From Centroscyllium fabricii (lineage: Eukaryota), in assembly GCA_051313645.2 (NCBI GenBank), contig JBNRSN020000003.1:139438001-139502000 (forward strand): 64,000 nt of DNA. Reading direction: 5' to 3'. The translations under genes and the position numbers were made by a program. The notes beneath the pieces were generated by a model. The model saw only the letters and a program-made list of their open reading frames with translations. It was not told where the DNA came from and made no database searches. Below, piece after piece: positions 1 through 11,904 of this stretch (position 1 is its first letter; every line of letters starts with the position of its first letter).

Positions 1-1106
1 AGCATGTCCCGAAGAACGTCGTTGACCAGGGCTTGAAATACCGCCGGGGCGTTGGTTAACCCGAACGGCATAACTAGATATTCGTAATGGCCAGACGGAG
101 TGTTGAAAGCGGTTTTCCACTCATCGCCCTCTCTTATCCGGACCAGATGGTACGCGTTGCGCAGATCCAATTTAGAAAAGATGGTAGCTCCCTGAATTAA
201 TTCAAATGCTGACGAGATAAGAGGCAGAGGATACCGATTCTTGATAGTGATATCATTAAGTCCTCTATAATCGATACAAGGCCGGAGCGAACCGTCCTTC
301 TTGCCAACGAAGAAGAATCCTGCCCCTGCTGGAGAAGAGGAAGAACGGATGATCCCAGCAGATATTGAGTCCTCGATATAGACCTCCATGGCCCTCCTCT
401 CAGGTGCCGATAGTGAATACAGGCGCCCCCTGGGTGGAGAGGAGCCTGGTAATAAATCAATAGCACAATCGTATGGGCGATGTGGAGGTAGCGAAGTGGC
501 TCTAGCCTTACTAAATACCTCCCTGAAATCATGATACTCGGTAGGAACCGCAGAGAGATCAGAACTGGGAAGAGGTGTGACCGACTGACGGCCTCCAGTG
601 GCTTGTTTTAAGCAGACTTGGTGACAGGAATGACTCCAACCCAAAATGGCTCCCGTGTTCCAGTCAATGTGGGGATTGTGACGACGAAGCCACGCGTGTC
701 CCAGAATAAGAGGAAGCTGAGGCGAATCCAGGATATGGAACCGAATGCTCTCATGATGATTCCCTGAAAACAATAAGTGAATGGGCGACGTCTGATGAGT
801 CACTGTTCCCAGAAGGTGGCCATCAAGAGCGTTGGCAGCAACAGGTTGCGGCAGTGGACACCGGTCGATCCCCAACTGTGTAACCAGGTCCTTATCAATG
901 ATATTAACATCTGCCCCCGAGTCGATAAATATGGCAAACTTCCGAGATCCTGACGGCAGAAGAAGTCGAGCCTGGCACAAAGGCCGTGAATTTGAAGAGA
1001 GTCTAATCGGAGTTCGGCTCACCAGTACGACTCCCTCTACTGGTGAGTCTGGTCTTTTACCGGGCATCCTACGACAAAATGGCCGGCCTGACCACAGTAT
1101 AGGCAT
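1..1106 (-). CDS. pol: pol N-terminal part (protease, start of RT), copy 1, truncated by the window edge
   Basis: Colinear with pol ORF 2783-6325 at an offset of about 5219 nt; FIDSGAD protease motif and KTAFNTP RT motif. Confidence 0.85.
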   Translation of the reverse strand, partial: MPILWSGRPFCRRMPGKRPDSPVEGVVLVSRTPIRLSSNSRPLCQARLLLPSGSRKFAIFIDSGADVNIIDKDLVTQLGIDRCPLPQPVAANALDGHLLGTVTHQTSPIHLLFSGNHHESIRFHILDSPQLPLILGHAWLRRHNPHIDWNTGAILGWSHSCHQVCLKQATGGRQSVTPLPSSDLSAVPTEYHDFREVFSKARATSLPPHRPYDCAIDLLPGSSPPRGRLYSLSAPERRAMEVYIEDSISAGIIRSSSSPAGAGFFFVGKKDGSLRPCIDYRGLNDITIKNRYPLPLISSAFELIQGATIFSKLDLRNAYHLVRIREGDEWKTAFNTPSGHYEYLVMPFGLTNAPAVFQALVNDVLRDM

Positions 1107-1993
1107 AAACCCCTCCTGCGGCGCCGACTGTGCTCTAATGGCGAAATGCCTGTGCGGCCTAACTGCATGGGTTCGGGAATCCCTGACGTGGCCGAATCTC
1201 TGGGCGCCACGAATCTCTCCTGAACCCGTTTACCAGGATGATGACCCGTCTCTCCCAATCCTCTCTCACGCTGTCGTGCCTGGATCCTTAGATCAATCCT
1301 AGTAACCAGACTGATGATCTCATCCAAAGTAGAAGGGAGATTATGTGATACTAATTCATCCTTGACGTATCCCGCCAATCCATGCAGGAAAACCTCACAT
1401 TTGGCAGCCATGTTCCAATTGCTCCGACGAGCCTTGATCCAAAAATCAATGGCATAGTCCACCACCGTCTGATTTCCCTGGTTCATACTCATAAGGCCCT
1501 CAGCCGTCTCCACCTCAAAGGCTACCCTGCCAAAAACTCTTCTCAACTCCTCAGAAAAGGTTCTGAAAGAACTGCATGCCGGAGTATCTCTCTCCCACTC
1601 GGCAGTACCCCAGAGTCTAGCTCTCCCCGAGAGATGGTTGATCATAAATGCTACTCTTGCCTTCTCGCTGGCAAAGGTGCGCGGTTGTAGGGAAAACAAA
1701 ATAGAACAGTTCGTAATGAAGGGGTCGCACTGTTCTGGTTCACCAGCATAACGCTCTGGTACTCCAACCCGGGGCTCGGGTGTGAAGCTCTGAAGTAGAG
1801 GCAGGAAAACTGATTCAGCTGTTGAAACAGGTTCCGGTGTGGAAGAAGTCCCTGCTGGGTTTGCTACAGCGAACGCCCTCATGTCAGATGTTAGCCGTTC
1901 TATTTTAGAGAACAAATCCCCAAAAGCCTGACCCTGAAGTGTCAGGACCTCCTCCATGCGCGCCAGACGTCCCGGTGTGTCTGCTGGGTTCAT
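1037..1993 (-). CDS. gag: Gag with CCHC zinc knuckle, copy 1
   Basis: Open ORF from MNPADTP; PEPMQLG and [14 protein letters not shown] motifs typical of sushi/PEG10-like Gag; overlaps pol (likely -1 frameshift). Confidence 0.9.
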   Translation of the reverse strand: MNPADTPGRLARMEEVLTLQGQAFGDLFSKIERLTSDMRAFAVANPAGTSSTPEPVSTAESVFLPLLQSFTPEPRVGVPERYAGEPEQCDPFITNCSILFSLQPRTFASEKARVAFMINHLSGRARLWGTAEWERDTPACSSFRTFSEELRRVFGRVAFEVETAEGLMSMNQGNQTVVDYAIDFWIKARRSNWNMAAKCEVFLHGLAGYVKDELVSHNLPSTLDEIISLVTRIDLRIQARQRERGLGETGHHPGKRVQERFVAPRDSATSGIPEPMQLGRTGISPLEHSRRRRRGLCLYCGQAGHFVVGCPVKDQTHQ

Positions 1994-2010
1994 GATTGGT
2001 CGGAGTGTTC

Positions 2011-2561
2011 TGTAATGGTTCGGTTTCGAACCCAATAGCAGAACACCGGAGACAGTCTATAGTAAATGGGTGCTTTAATCCTAATTATAACAACAGTGCA
2101 TATAAAGATATCAAAACACATAGAGTATAATCCACAATGCACAATAAAGCAACAGTAGTCCAAAATACCGATAGCCGGTAAGCCAGAGTTCAAATGTCCA
2201 AACCCCAATCCTTGGTGGTTGAAAAAGCAAGGCCCAAAAGTCTGGTGCTGCAGTACTTCCAATAATCACAGTTCAGGAAAGGACACTCCTTGATCGGTGT
2301 ACCAGGTAATCTCACACGGCAGGAACCAGGAATCCAAAACGATTGGAAACGAATACAAATATAACTCCAGAGATAACAGGTAACAGGAAATAACAGAACT
2401 CTTAAACCAGCAGCATAGAAATAACACTCCGACAAAGTCCTAGGGCTAACAGGTGGCTTATATCTAGAATTTAGACCAATCAGATGTGTTACATTACAAT
2501 AGGTGATGATCCAATAATGAACTGCAGCCTAGACATTTAAAGTGACAGTCCACCCATGACA
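2011..2561 (-). repeat. 5' LTR of chromovirus copy 1
   Basis: TG...CA termini; homologous to 7230-7801. Confidence 0.9.
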
Positions 2562-2782
2562 CATAGGGCTAACAGGTGGTTTATATTTAGCTCCAGTAAC
2601 CAGTATGCTAGAATTAGACCAATCAGATGTGACACATGACAATAGGTAATAATCCAATAATGAACTGCAGCCTAGAGGTTTAAAGTGACAGTCCACCCAT
2701 GACAGAACCCCCCCCTTAAGGGACGCCACCTGACGTCCCCAAAACCCAAACCGCCGAAAACCGGGTTGGCGGGGAGGAGGAA

Positions 2783-5700
2783 CTAACAATTCTCGGGTCT
2801 CTCGTCAATGTCCATCTCCTCATCTGATTGAACAGAATCCTCCTGCACCATCATTTCAGGGCCCTCGTCATCAGATGCCACCCTATCGTCCAGGTCCTCC
2901 TGACTCAAAATGGGGTCGAAAACCTGTCCAGATCTCCTAGGAATCGCCTTCCCCTTTCTCGGTTGACCAGGGTGTTGTTTGCGAAAGTCGGAAATGAGCT
3001 TGGGATCCATGATATTCCGAGCAGGGAACCAGGACCTCTCCTCAGGACCATACCCCTCCCAGTCCACTAGGTACTGAAGTCCCTTCCCTCGGCGACGGGA
3101 GTCAAGCAAACGACGGACCGTGTACACTAATCCACCGTCGAGCATACGAGGAGGTGGAGGGGGTGCGGAAACGGGTACTAAGGCACTCTCCTGAGCAGGC
3201 TTGATGCGCGACACGTGAAAAGTCGGGTGGACCCGCATGGAACTGGGGAGCTTGAGTCGTACCGCAGCAGGGTTAATGATCCTTTCTACCACGAACGGTC
3301 CGATAAACCTTGGAGCGAGTTTCTTGGACTCCACTTGTAGAGGCAGATCCTTTGTGGAGAGCCAAACCTTCTGCCCGACCCGATACTCCGGAGCAGTAGA
3401 ACGACGACGGTTGGCCGAAGCCGAGTATCGATCCACCGAGCGAAGCAGCGACATCCGCGCCTGATCCCATGTCCTGTGGCATCGTTGGATGAAGTCTTGG
3501 ACGGACGGACAAGATACCTCCTTCTCCAGATCCGGAAACAATGGAGGCTGGAACCCATAAGCGCACTGAAAGGGCGAAAGTCCTGTAGCGGAACTGGTCA
3601 GCGTGTTGTGCGCATACTCCACCCATAAAAGTAATGTGGACCAGGAAGAGGGATTTTTGGAGACCATGCACCGAAGTGCCTTCTCCATCTCCTGATTCAT
3701 CCTCTCCGATTGTCCATTGGACTGAGGATGGAATCCCGACGACAGACTGACCTTGGCCTCGATGAGACTGCAGAATTCTCTCCAAAATATAGAAGTAAAT
3801 TGGGGACCTCGATCAGAAACCACATCCACCGGAAGCCCATGAAGCCGAAACACGTGCTGCAACATGAGCTCTGCAGTTTCTTTAGCAGAGGGCAGCTTAG
3901 TTAAGGGTATAAAATGTGCCATCTTGCTAAACCTGTCAACCACCGTTAGCACCGTGGTCAGTCCCTTGGATGAGGGTAGTCCTGTGACAAAGTCCAGGGC
4001 TATGTGAGACCAAGGCCGATGGGGTATAGGTAATGGTTGTAGCAGGCCAGCAGGTGCCCGACGAGAAGACTTGTGCTGGTTACAAATCGGACAGGCATTG
4101 ACGAACCTCCGAGTATCCTCCTCTAGCGTGTCCCACCAGAACCTCCGCAAAATCACCTCCTTGGTCCTGAGTGCCCCAGGATGGCAGGACAGCTTGGACG
4201 CATGAGCCCACTGAAGGACATCCGATCGAATGTTCTTCGGCACAAACAAACGGTCGGGAGGACAACCGCTGGGCCCGCCCTGCTCCCCCGCAGCTGCTCT
4301 TACCCTCTCTTCGATCTCCCATGTGACCGCAGCAATATGGCAGGAGGCTGGCAAAATGAGGTCTGGTCCTGGAGCGGAACCCTCCTCCCTCAGAAATAGG
4401 CGTGATAGAGCATCGGGCTTGACGTTGCGGGAGCCAGGCCTGTAGGAGAGAGTGAAGTGGAATCGCGTAAAAAAAAGAGACCACCTAGCCTGACGTGAAT
4501 TTAGTCTTTTGGCCGTACGTATATACTCCAAATTCTTGTGATCCGTCCAAACAAGAAATGGCAGCTTGGTCCCCTCCAGCCAGTGGCGCCACTCCTCTAA
4601 GGCCATCTTGACCGCCAGCAATTCTCTGTCTCCGATATCGTAATTCATCTCTGCCGGTGAAAGACGCTTGGAGAAGAAGGCACATGGATGGATCTTCTGG
4701 TCTGAAGCTGACCTTTGCGACAAGATGGCTCCAACTCCCACATCCGATGCATCCACCTCTACGACAAACTGCTGATCCGGATCAGGCACCTGCAGAATGG
4801 GAGCCGAAGTAAAACGGGACCTCAGTTCCTTAAATGCCTCTTCAGCAGCGATAGACCATCTGAATGGCACCTTAGATGATGTAAGCGCCGATAATGGTGC
4901 CGCTACCGTGCTATAGCCCCGAATAAATCTCCGGTAAAAGTTAGCGAAACCCAAGAACCGTTGTAATTGCTTGCGATTCTCCAGACTAGGCCAAGACGTA
5001 ACGGCTGTCACTTTCTCCGGGTCCATTCGCACGCTCCCCTGCGCAATGATATAACCCAGGAATGAAACGGTGGTTACATGAAATTCACATTTCTCGGCTT
5101 TCACAAATAAGGAGTTTTCTAGGAGCCTTTGTAAAACCGTCTGTACGTGATGGACATGCTCCTCCTGAGTCTTGGAAAATATTAGAATATCGTCCATGTA
5201 CACAAATACAAAAATATTCAGCATGTCCCGAAGAACATCGTTGACCAGGGCTTGAAATACCGCCGGGGCGTTGGTTAACCCGAACGGCATAACGAGATAT
5301 TCGTAATGGCCAGACGGAGTGTTGAAAGCGGTCTTCCACTCATCGCCCTCCCTTATCCGGACCAGATGGTACGCGTTGCGCAGATCCAACTTAGAAAAGA
5401 TGGTAGCTCCCTGAATTAACTCAAATGCTGATGAGATAAGAGGCAGAGGATACCGATTCTTGATAGTGATTTCATTAAGTCCTCTATAATCGATACAAGG
5501 CCGGAGCGAACCGTCCTTCTTACCTACGAAGAAGAATCCTGCCCCTGCTGGTGAAGAGGAAGAACGGATGATCCCAGCAGATATTGAGTCCTCGATATAG
5601 GCCTCCATGGCCTTCCTCTCAGGTGCCGATAGTGAATACAGGCGCCCCCTAGGTGGAGAGGAGCCTGGTAACAAATCAATAGCACAATCGTATGGGCGAT

Positions 5701-6325
5701 GTGGAGGTAGCGAAGTGGCTCTAGCCTTACTAAATACCTCCCTGAAATCATGATACTCGGTGGGAACCGCAGAGAGATCAGAACTGGGAAGAGGTGTGAC
5801 CGACTGACGGCCTCCAGTGGCTTGTTTTAAACAGACTTGGTGACAGGAGTGACTCCAACCCAAAATGGCTCCCGTGTTCCAGTCAATGTGGGGATTGTGA
5901 CGACGAAGCCACGCGTGTCCCAAAATAAGAGGAAGCTGAGGCGAATCCAGGATATGGAACCGAATGCTTTCGTGATGATTCCCTGAAAATAATAAGTGAA
6001 TGGGCGACGTCTGATGAGTGACCGTTCCCAGAAGGTGGCCATCAAGAGCGTTGGCAGCAACCGGTTGCGGCAGTGGACACCGGTCGATCCCCAACTGTGT
6101 AACCAGCTCCTTATCAATAATATTAACATCCGCCCCAGAGTCGATGAATATGGCAAACGTCCGAGATCCTGACGGCAGAAGAAGTCGGGCCTGGCACAAA
6201 GGCCGTGAATTTGAAGAGAGTCTAATCGGAGTTCGGCTCACCAGTACGACTCCCTCTACTGGTGAGTCTGGTCTTTTACCGGACACCTTACGACAAAATG
6301 GCCGGCCTGACCACAGTATAGGCAT
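2783..6325 (-). CDS. pol: Pol polyprotein: aspartic protease, RT, RNase H, integrase, chromodomain
   Basis: 1180-aa uninterrupted ORF: [24 protein letters not shown] zinc finger, [11 protein letters not shown] integrase core, [17 protein letters not shown] chromodomain. Confidence 0.96.
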   Translation of the reverse strand: MPILWSGRPFCRKVSGKRPDSPVEGVVLVSRTPIRLSSNSRPLCQARLLLPSGSRTFAIFIDSGADVNIIDKELVTQLGIDRCPLPQPVAANALDGHLLGTVTHQTSPIHLLFSGNHHESIRFHILDSPQLPLILGHAWLRRHNPHIDWNTGAILGWSHSCHQVCLKQATGGRQSVTPLPSSDLSAVPTEYHDFREVFSKARATSLPPHRPYDCAIDLLPGSSPPRGRLYSLSAPERKAMEAYIEDSISAGIIRSSSSPAGAGFFFVGKKDGSLRPCIDYRGLNEITIKNRYPLPLISSAFELIQGATIFSKLDLRNAYHLVRIREGDEWKTAFNTPSGHYEYLVMPFGLTNAPAVFQALVNDVLRDMLNIFVFVYMDDILIFSKTQEEHVHHVQTVLQRLLENSLFVKAEKCEFHVTTVSFLGYIIAQGSVRMDPEKVTAVTSWPSLENRKQLQRFLGFANFYRRFIRGYSTVAAPLSALTSSKVPFRWSIAAEEAFKELRSRFTSAPILQVPDPDQQFVVEVDASDVGVGAILSQRSASDQKIHPCAFFSKRLSPAEMNYDIGDRELLAVKMALEEWRHWLEGTKLPFLVWTDHKNLEYIRTAKRLNSRQARWSLFFTRFHFTLSYRPGSRNVKPDALSRLFLREEGSAPGPDLILPASCHIAAVTWEIEERVRAAAGEQGGPSGCPPDRLFVPKNIRSDVLQWAHASKLSCHPGALRTKEVILRRFWWDTLEEDTRRFVNACPICNQHKSSRRAPAGLLQPLPIPHRPWSHIALDFVTGLPSSKGLTTVLTVVDRFSKMAHFIPLTKLPSAKETAELMLQHVFRLHGLPVDVVSDRGPQFTSIFWREFCSLIEAKVSLSSGFHPQSNGQSERMNQEMEKALRCMVSKNPSSWSTLLLWVEYAHNTLTSSATGLSPFQCAYGFQPPLFPDLEKEVSCPSVQDFIQRCHRTWDQARMSLLRSVDRYSASANRRRSTAPEYRVGQKVWLSTKDLPLQVESKKLAPRFIGPFVVERIINPAAVRLKLPSSMRVHPTFHVSRIKPAQESALVPVSAPPPPPRMLDGGLVYTVRRLLDSRRRGKGLQYLVDWEGYGPEERSWFPARNIMDPKLISDFRKQHPGQPRKGKAIPRRSGQVFDPILSQEDLDDRVASDDEGPEMMVQEDSVQSDEEMDIDERPENC

Positions 6326-7212
6326 AAACCCTTCCTGCGGCGCCGACTCCGCTCTAATGGCGAGATGCCTGTGCGGCCCAACTGCATGGGTTCGGGAACC
6401 CCTGACGTGGCCGAATCTCTGGGCGCCACGAATCTCTCCTGAACCCGTTTACCAGGATGATGACCCGTTTCTCCCAGTCCTCTCTCACGCTGCCGTGCTT
6501 GGATCCTTAGATCGATCCTCGTAACCAGGCTGATGATCTCATCCAAGGTGGAAGGGAGATTATGTGATACCAACTCATCCTTGATGTACCCAGCCAATCC
6601 ATGAAGGAAAACCTCACATTGGGCAGCCATGTTCCAATTGCTCCGACGAGCCTTAATCCGAAAGTCAATGGCATAATCTACCACAGTCTGATTTCCCTGG
6701 TTCATACTCATGAGGCCCTCAGCCGTTTCCACCTCAAAGGCTACCCTGCCAAAAACCCTTCATAACTCCTCAGAAAATGCTCTGAATGAACTGCATGCCG
6801 GAGTATCTCTCTCCCACTCGGCAGTACCCCAGAGTCTAGCTCTCCCCGAGAGATGGTTGATCATAAACGCTACTCTTGCCCTCTCGCTGGCAAAGGTGCG
6901 TGGTTGTAAGGAAAACAAAATAGAGCAGTTCGTAATGAATGGGTCGCACTGTTCTGGTTCACCAGCATAACGCTCTGGTACCCCAACTCGGGGCTCGGGT
7001 GTGAAGCTCTGTAGTAGAGGCATGGAAACTGATTCGGCTGTTGAATCTGGTTCCGGTGTGGAAGAAGTCCCTGCTGGGTTCGATACTGCGAACGCCCTCA
7101 TGTCGGAGGTTAGCCGTTCTACTTTAGAGAACATATCCCCAAAGGCCCGACCCTGATGCGTTAGGACCTCCTCCATGCGTGCCAGACGTCCCGGTGTGTC
7201 CGCTGGGTTCAT
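6256..7212 (-). pseudogene. gag: gag of copy 2, interrupted by an in-frame stop at 6760-6762
   Basis: ORFs 6760-7254 and 6256-6732 are in the same frame and match the copy 1 Gag. Confidence 0.9.
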
Positions 7213-7229
7213 GATAGGTCGGAGTGTTC

Positions 7230-7801
7230 TGTAAGGGTTCGGTTTTGAACCCAATTGCAGAACACCGGAGACAGTCTATAGTAAATAGGTGCTTTATTCC
7301 TAATTATCACAACAGTGTATATAGATATCAAAACACATAGAGCATAATACACATAGCACAACAAAGAAAACAATAGTCCAATATACCGAGAGCCGGTAAG
7401 CCAGAGTTCAAATATCCAAACCCGAATTCTTGGTGGTTGAAAAAGCAAGGCCCAAAAGTCTGGTGCAGCAGTACTCCCAATAATCCACAGTCCAGGAAAG
7501 GACACTCCTTGTTCAGTGTAACAGGTAATCCAACACGACAGGAACCAGGAATCCAAAACGATTGGAATCGAATACAAATATATAATACCAGAAATAACAG
7601 GATACAGGAAATGCAGAACTCTTCAATAAGCGACATAGAAATAACACTCCGACAAAGTCATAGGGCTAACAGGTGGTTTATATTTAGCTCCAGTAACCAG
7701 TATGCTAGAATTAGACCAATCAGATGTGACACATGACAATAGGTAATAATCCAATAATGAACTGCAGCCTAGAGGTTTAAAGTGACAGTCCACCCATGAC
7801 A
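7230..7801 (-). repeat. 5' LTR of chromovirus copy 2
   Basis: TGTCATG...TTACA on minus; TATAAA at about 7677-7682 on minus. Confidence 0.92.
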
Positions 7802-8449
7802 GGTATGGTAGTAGCACCAGCCGGTTGCCGCGGTGCGTGGCTTTTTGTGGGTCCGCGCGGCTCTGAGTTGGGGCCGGGGTTGTGGGTGGTGCTGCTCTTG
7901 TTGAGCGGCAGCGTGGCGGTGCATGGTGGCGCGGGTGCGCTCGGCCTTAATGAGCTTGTCTGCCTCCTGAGCTAGCTGCCTGTTTGAGAGGTGCTCCAAG
8001 ACCGTCAGTGTCGGTCTGATGGAGGGCGGCAGCTTAAGGAGGTAGAGGGCGCGCTTAAGGGTGTCCGAGTCGCGATTGAGCGCCTCAAACTGGGCCCACA
8101 AGTCGGTGGGGTCTGCATCTCCCAGGTCGGGGAGGTTAATGACCTGGCAATCGCGCTCGAAAATGGTTGGGGTAAATTTTGCGAGCAGCGCGGCCTTTAG
8201 CGATTCGTACCTGCCAGCAGAAGTGTCTTCCTCGATGGTGTCCCACATTCTGTCGATGGTGGACTGTGCGAGGGCTGTGAAGAGCAGGCTGTAGCGGTCG
8301 TCTCCCTGCACGCCATGGATGCGGAAGGTGTTCTCGGTGTTGCGAAACCAAGCCGCTGGACGGAGCTCCCAGAATTGTGGTATGGTTGGGACCGGGAGGT
8401 AAACTTGGCCCCGTCTGCTTTGGCGTGCTGAGTCGTTTGCTGCTGGCAT
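7802..8449 (-). pseudogene. gag: Gag of the CsRn1-like element, cut at the zinc knuckle
   Basis: ORF 7769-8449; its last residues read into the inserted LTR. Confidence 0.78.
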
Positions 8450-8532
8450 GGTGGTAGCGATTCGGCTGCGGCAGCTTGGCCCTCAGTCCTGCAGTGGCTG
8501 CTTCATTGTTCACCTGAGAATCGTCTCAAGTA

Positions 8533-8544
8533 TCGGGGTCACCA
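8533..8544 (-). promoter_or_regulatory. Primer-binding site complementary to the tRNA-Trp 3' end
   Basis: TGGTGACCCCGA, one nt after the LTR CA; matches vertebrate tRNA-Trp ...TCGGGGTCACCA. Confidence 0.85.
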
Positions 8545-8852
8545 GTGTTGAGGCCTGCAAGGCTGAAGGACCACGCTGGACACAGAGAGGTTAGAAGGAG
8601 AGTCTTTATTATACTACTTGTTACAACTAGGGCCAGGTGGAGAGAAGAGAGTGAGCCACCTGGCGCTCAGGTATTTAAAGGTCCCGCGGTTGGGGACGTC
8701 ACTGCCGGCTGGCCACCTGGTGATGTCATCACGTCGGGGAAGTCCGTGCGTCCTCCGACGGGCGGGGCCGCTTTGCAGCCTTCCCAGCGCGGGTTCGTGG
8801 CTGCCGGTGGGCGTGTCGCCACAGTTTAATACATATTAACTGCATCTAGTAT

Positions 8853-8945
8853 CAGTCCTGGCTCAGTGTCTGGGTCAGCCTCTGGGTCAGAAGGTTATGG
8901 GTTCATAATCCCACTTCACAGACTTGAGCCCAAAACCAAGGCCGA
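8853..8945 (+). mobile_element. Degenerate tRNA-derived SINE head (SacSINE1/DeuSINE-like)
   Basis: GGCTCAGTG box A-like; GTCAGAAGGTTATGGGTTCA...CCCACT..AGACTTGAGC. Confidence 0.5.
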
Positions 8946-8962
8946 TTTGACCATGACTTTCT

Positions 8963-9306
8963 GGGGGTTAAAATTGGTTTTGGATCGGTAGCTCACTTTA
9001 CACCAAGTCCGAAGCATGCGGTGTCCGCCGGCACGCTCGTGCCCTTCCATGACCGGTGGGCACCACAGGGACTGGAGTGTATCATCACCCCCGGCAACTA
9101 AATTTTAATTTAATTTGTTAAGTTTCATTTAAGGTATTTTTGTTAAGTTACAGTTTATTTGTTCTTGTGTGCACTAAAAGAGTACACCCAGTCAGATTTT
9201 CTTATCCATTCACTTCACTGGAAAATAAAATCAGATCGGGTGTAAAACAAACTCTCAATTCACTGGTGCCAGTTTTACGCTACCGCCCAAGACCAATTTC
9301 ACCCCC
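8963..9306. mobile_element. MITE with GGGG..AAATTGG-type TIRs (Harbinger-like)
   Basis: GGGGGTTAAAATTGGT at the left end and ACCAATTTCACCCCC at the right end. Confidence 0.6.
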
Positions 9307-10251
9307 ACTGACTGATGTGGGACATTGCAGCTTGCACTTAGTTCCTCTATGGGTCCCTGAGCTTCAGTAAAAGCTTCTATTGGAAGAGATCTTTTTCAGG
9401 TGACTTACCAGACACTAATGGAATTCCTTTTATGTAGAACCGAAAAGAAATAAGAGAAATAAAAAGTACAGCCCAAGGTTGTTTCCCTTAAAGACCCTGC
9501 TGATGTTCCTATTAAGTCTATTTGAAATAGACTTATATAGTTAACAGCACAATCCGAGACAAAAAGTCAGAAGATTGTGCTGCAGAGACATTTGAATTTT
9601 TTTACATAAAATCTTATTGGGCTATCTTTTTAGTTATGAACTCTTAATGCATAAAGATAGATTCTTCTCTGAGCTATTTCTAGGCAGGCATTTACCCAGT
9701 TAAAATAAACCGGTTACAGTATAAACCATTCATATGTGAAGTACATTATCAGAAAATATATCCCAATGATATTCTTGCTGTCAAGTATCAACAGTTTCCA
9801 TTGTTGACAACGTAACCGAACCAGAAAATTACAGGCTTTATGCTTGCGCCACATATTATGTCGAAGCCCAAAGGCCGACTAACCTAATTTTCCAGCCACC
9901 CTGCATGATGTGCTTATCAGAAGGTAAGATAGTTTGAAAAATCTACCCATGCATTTTTTACTGTCTCTGACCTGCAGATCTGCAACAGATCTTTTGAAAA
10001 GAACAGTCAAATCTGTTGCTTCTGCAGATCTTCAAGAGGAGCTGTCACACATGGACAATGAGAGCTTGAGTTTGCCCATAGAGTTCAGGTGCTTTTACTA
10101 AATACTACAGGAGAATCCCACAGTTCTTATGCAGTCCAAGGGCATTCTGAAGACGCTGCTGTCAATCACTTGTGATTGAAGGCACAATACCCTCTTTAGT
10201 ATTCAGTGCAATTTATTACACTGAATACTAATGAGCAATTTCCCATTCATT

Positions 10252-11820
10252 GGCCAGAATTTTACTGATGCTCAGAGTGTGGGTTTGGAGGCGGGTCCGC
10301 TGTCAAAATCACAAAGATGACAGCGGGTCGGTATCCCACCTCCTTGTCAGTTTCCCAAGTCTCGGGTCTGTCATCCCTGAACAGACCCAAAATCAATTGG
10401 CGGGCCAGCCAATTTAGAAACTTATGGAGAAAAATTGAGTCACACCCCCTTTTGAGTGCTAACCTCGCCGGGGCAGAAAAATTAGCGTCCCCGCGGCCGA
10501 AATTGAGTGGTAGCGCCCCAAGAGGGGCGCTGCGAGGGAATATCTTCTTAAAGGGGAGGGGCTTTACAGAACACGACCCGGGGCCCAGCTGGGCCACCAG
10601 GGATTGGAGTGCCAGCAAAAGAGCCCAGCACTCAAGAGAAGTGCCAGGCTCATGGAGCGCAGCCGGCACCCTGCGGGCAGGTGGGTCAGGAGGCCGGGTT
10701 AGGGAGTGGAGACAGGTGCTGGCAGGTGGCCAGCAACAAAAATGGCCGTCCGGCACCTCGCCTTTAAATAGCGCCGCCCCGGTCGCAGGTAGGCCCCCTG
10801 ACCCCGTCGAACATAGTGTCCAGCGGTAAGTCGGGGGTGCTACTGAAGCTCGTGGCGCCGGCGTGAGCGGGGCGCTGCATACGCCGATGATGTCATCGCT
10901 GGCGGCGCAGTGCCGTGGGGCACTAACAGTTACCACCGCCGCTAACCTCACACTGAATATTGCAGGAGACATTGGCAGTGCCGCGCCGTGCCGCGGGGCT
11001 AGTTGCTTTGTGCCCCATTAGCGCCCCCTTGAAAGCTTGTTAAAAGGTAATTAAGCACTATTTTTCCACGTACTTACCATTTTACCAGGTTTTTGATGAG
11101 GTTCCCGGACAGCGGGTATCACGTCACGTAATTATGTTGTGTTGTCAGTGAATCTCCATTGCTGTGAATAGGTAAAAGCTGCAAAAGTGGTCTAAAACCT
11201 ACCATTTCACAGCTGTACATTTCCCAACCTTAGAAGCTGGAGCCTTCATGATTTGGATACCACTTTTGAGCTTTATGCAGTTTGGAAACTGTCTATCCAC
11301 TGTTACCTCCTTGGAGTAACCTCTCTCATCATTGACAGATCTCTTCTGTCATCTCAACGTCAGCTGCCATCTATTCCAGCAGCATCGGTACCCTTGATAA
11401 AATCTCACCTTGGTCCTCAGAATCCCACCACGATCAGCCCCAACACCAACATCACCAGGCACACCAACAACAACAACAACCTTCTCCACAATCACCTGAT
11501 GCTGCACAGGACACAGGGCATCAGCACCCGACCAGATTGCTGCCCAGGATGCCAGCAATGGCCTCACCATGGCCAGATTTACTTCACTTGACACTGTACA
11601 CCCTGGCTGCCACATGGTGCACCAGGTTGGCACCATCCAACACCAGCACCATAAAGCATCCCTACAAAGTCCAAGCCATTCCTTGCACACTCATCACCAT
11701 TGCGGAGAGGGGCCCTTACATCTCACCATTCACTGCAACTCACTAAGCCACTTCCAAAGGTGCACACAAATCTGTCCAAGAATGCAAAGTGTTCATAATA
11801 AACATTTCAATGTTTGAAAG
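10252..11820 (+). mobile_element. Internally deleted Harbinger-derived element
   Basis: Left end GGCCAGAATTTT; 11520-11590 encodes QIAAQDASNGLTMARFT, resembling the transposase C-terminus NIAARQARNELILARFA at 38730; right end not located. Confidence 0.5.
10427..11030. mobile_element. GC-rich MITE, same family as 16816-17548, truncated
   Basis: Shared blocks GAAAAATTG...CTAACCTCG, CCTTTAAATA, GGGGCGCTGCATAC, CACTGAATAT.GCAGGAG. Confidence 0.65.
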
Positions 11821-11904
11821 CTCATTACCACTAATTTCCAGGTCAAGCAATCTTCTGTGCTTTCTGCAGACTATCTGATACTTGTGAATTTAAGGAAGAA
11901 CAGC

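Larger units (their letters stand above)
1..2561 (-). mobile_element. Sushi/Tf1-like (chromovirus) Ty3/Gypsy LTR retrotransposon, copy 1 (5' part; runs off the window start), inserted into the 3' LTR of copy 2
   Basis: Has its own complete LTR 2011-2561 (TGTCATG...ATTACA on minus), followed by gag and pol highly similar to 5219-7801. Confidence 0.92.
2562..7801 (-). mobile_element. Sushi/Tf1-like chromovirus LTR retrotransposon, copy 2
   Basis: 5' LTR 7230-7801, gag, pol with chromodomain, PPT (AAGGGGGGGG on minus, about 2708-2717) next to the 3' LTR U3 remnant 2562-2704, which matches 7659-7801 by eye. Confidence 0.95.
7802..8823 (-). mobile_element. CsRn1-like Gypsy element (5' LTR 8546-8823, tRNA-Trp PBS, gag), interrupted by the chromovirus insertion
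   Basis: LTR TGTGG...CAACA with TATA-like and AATAAA motifs; PBS TGGTGACCCCGA; Gag FW..P..WF...E..F motif ending at WCYYH (start of a CHCC-type knuckle). Confidence 0.82.

Noticed and set aside
2011-2704. Tandem LTR elements sharing one middle LTR with an internal duplication
   Set aside because: A complete LTR terminus occurs at 2561 and 2562-2704 matches only the copy 2 U3; nested insertion explains it better.
832-6524. Antisense and alternate-frame ORFs over gag/pol (832-1302, 6018-6524 and similar in A/B/C)
   Set aside because: Shadow ORFs of GC-rich coding sequence; similarity between copies only reflects recent common ancestry.
7802-7806. GGTAT flank identical to the TSD of the solo LTR at 35901
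   Set aside because: Different LTR families and opposite element orientation; a 5-mer match is plausible by chance.
10196-10231. 13-bp perfect inverted repeat TTAGTATTCAGTG/CACTGAATACTAA
   Set aside because: Single isolated palindrome, probably the centre of an old MITE; too short for a pre-miRNA call.
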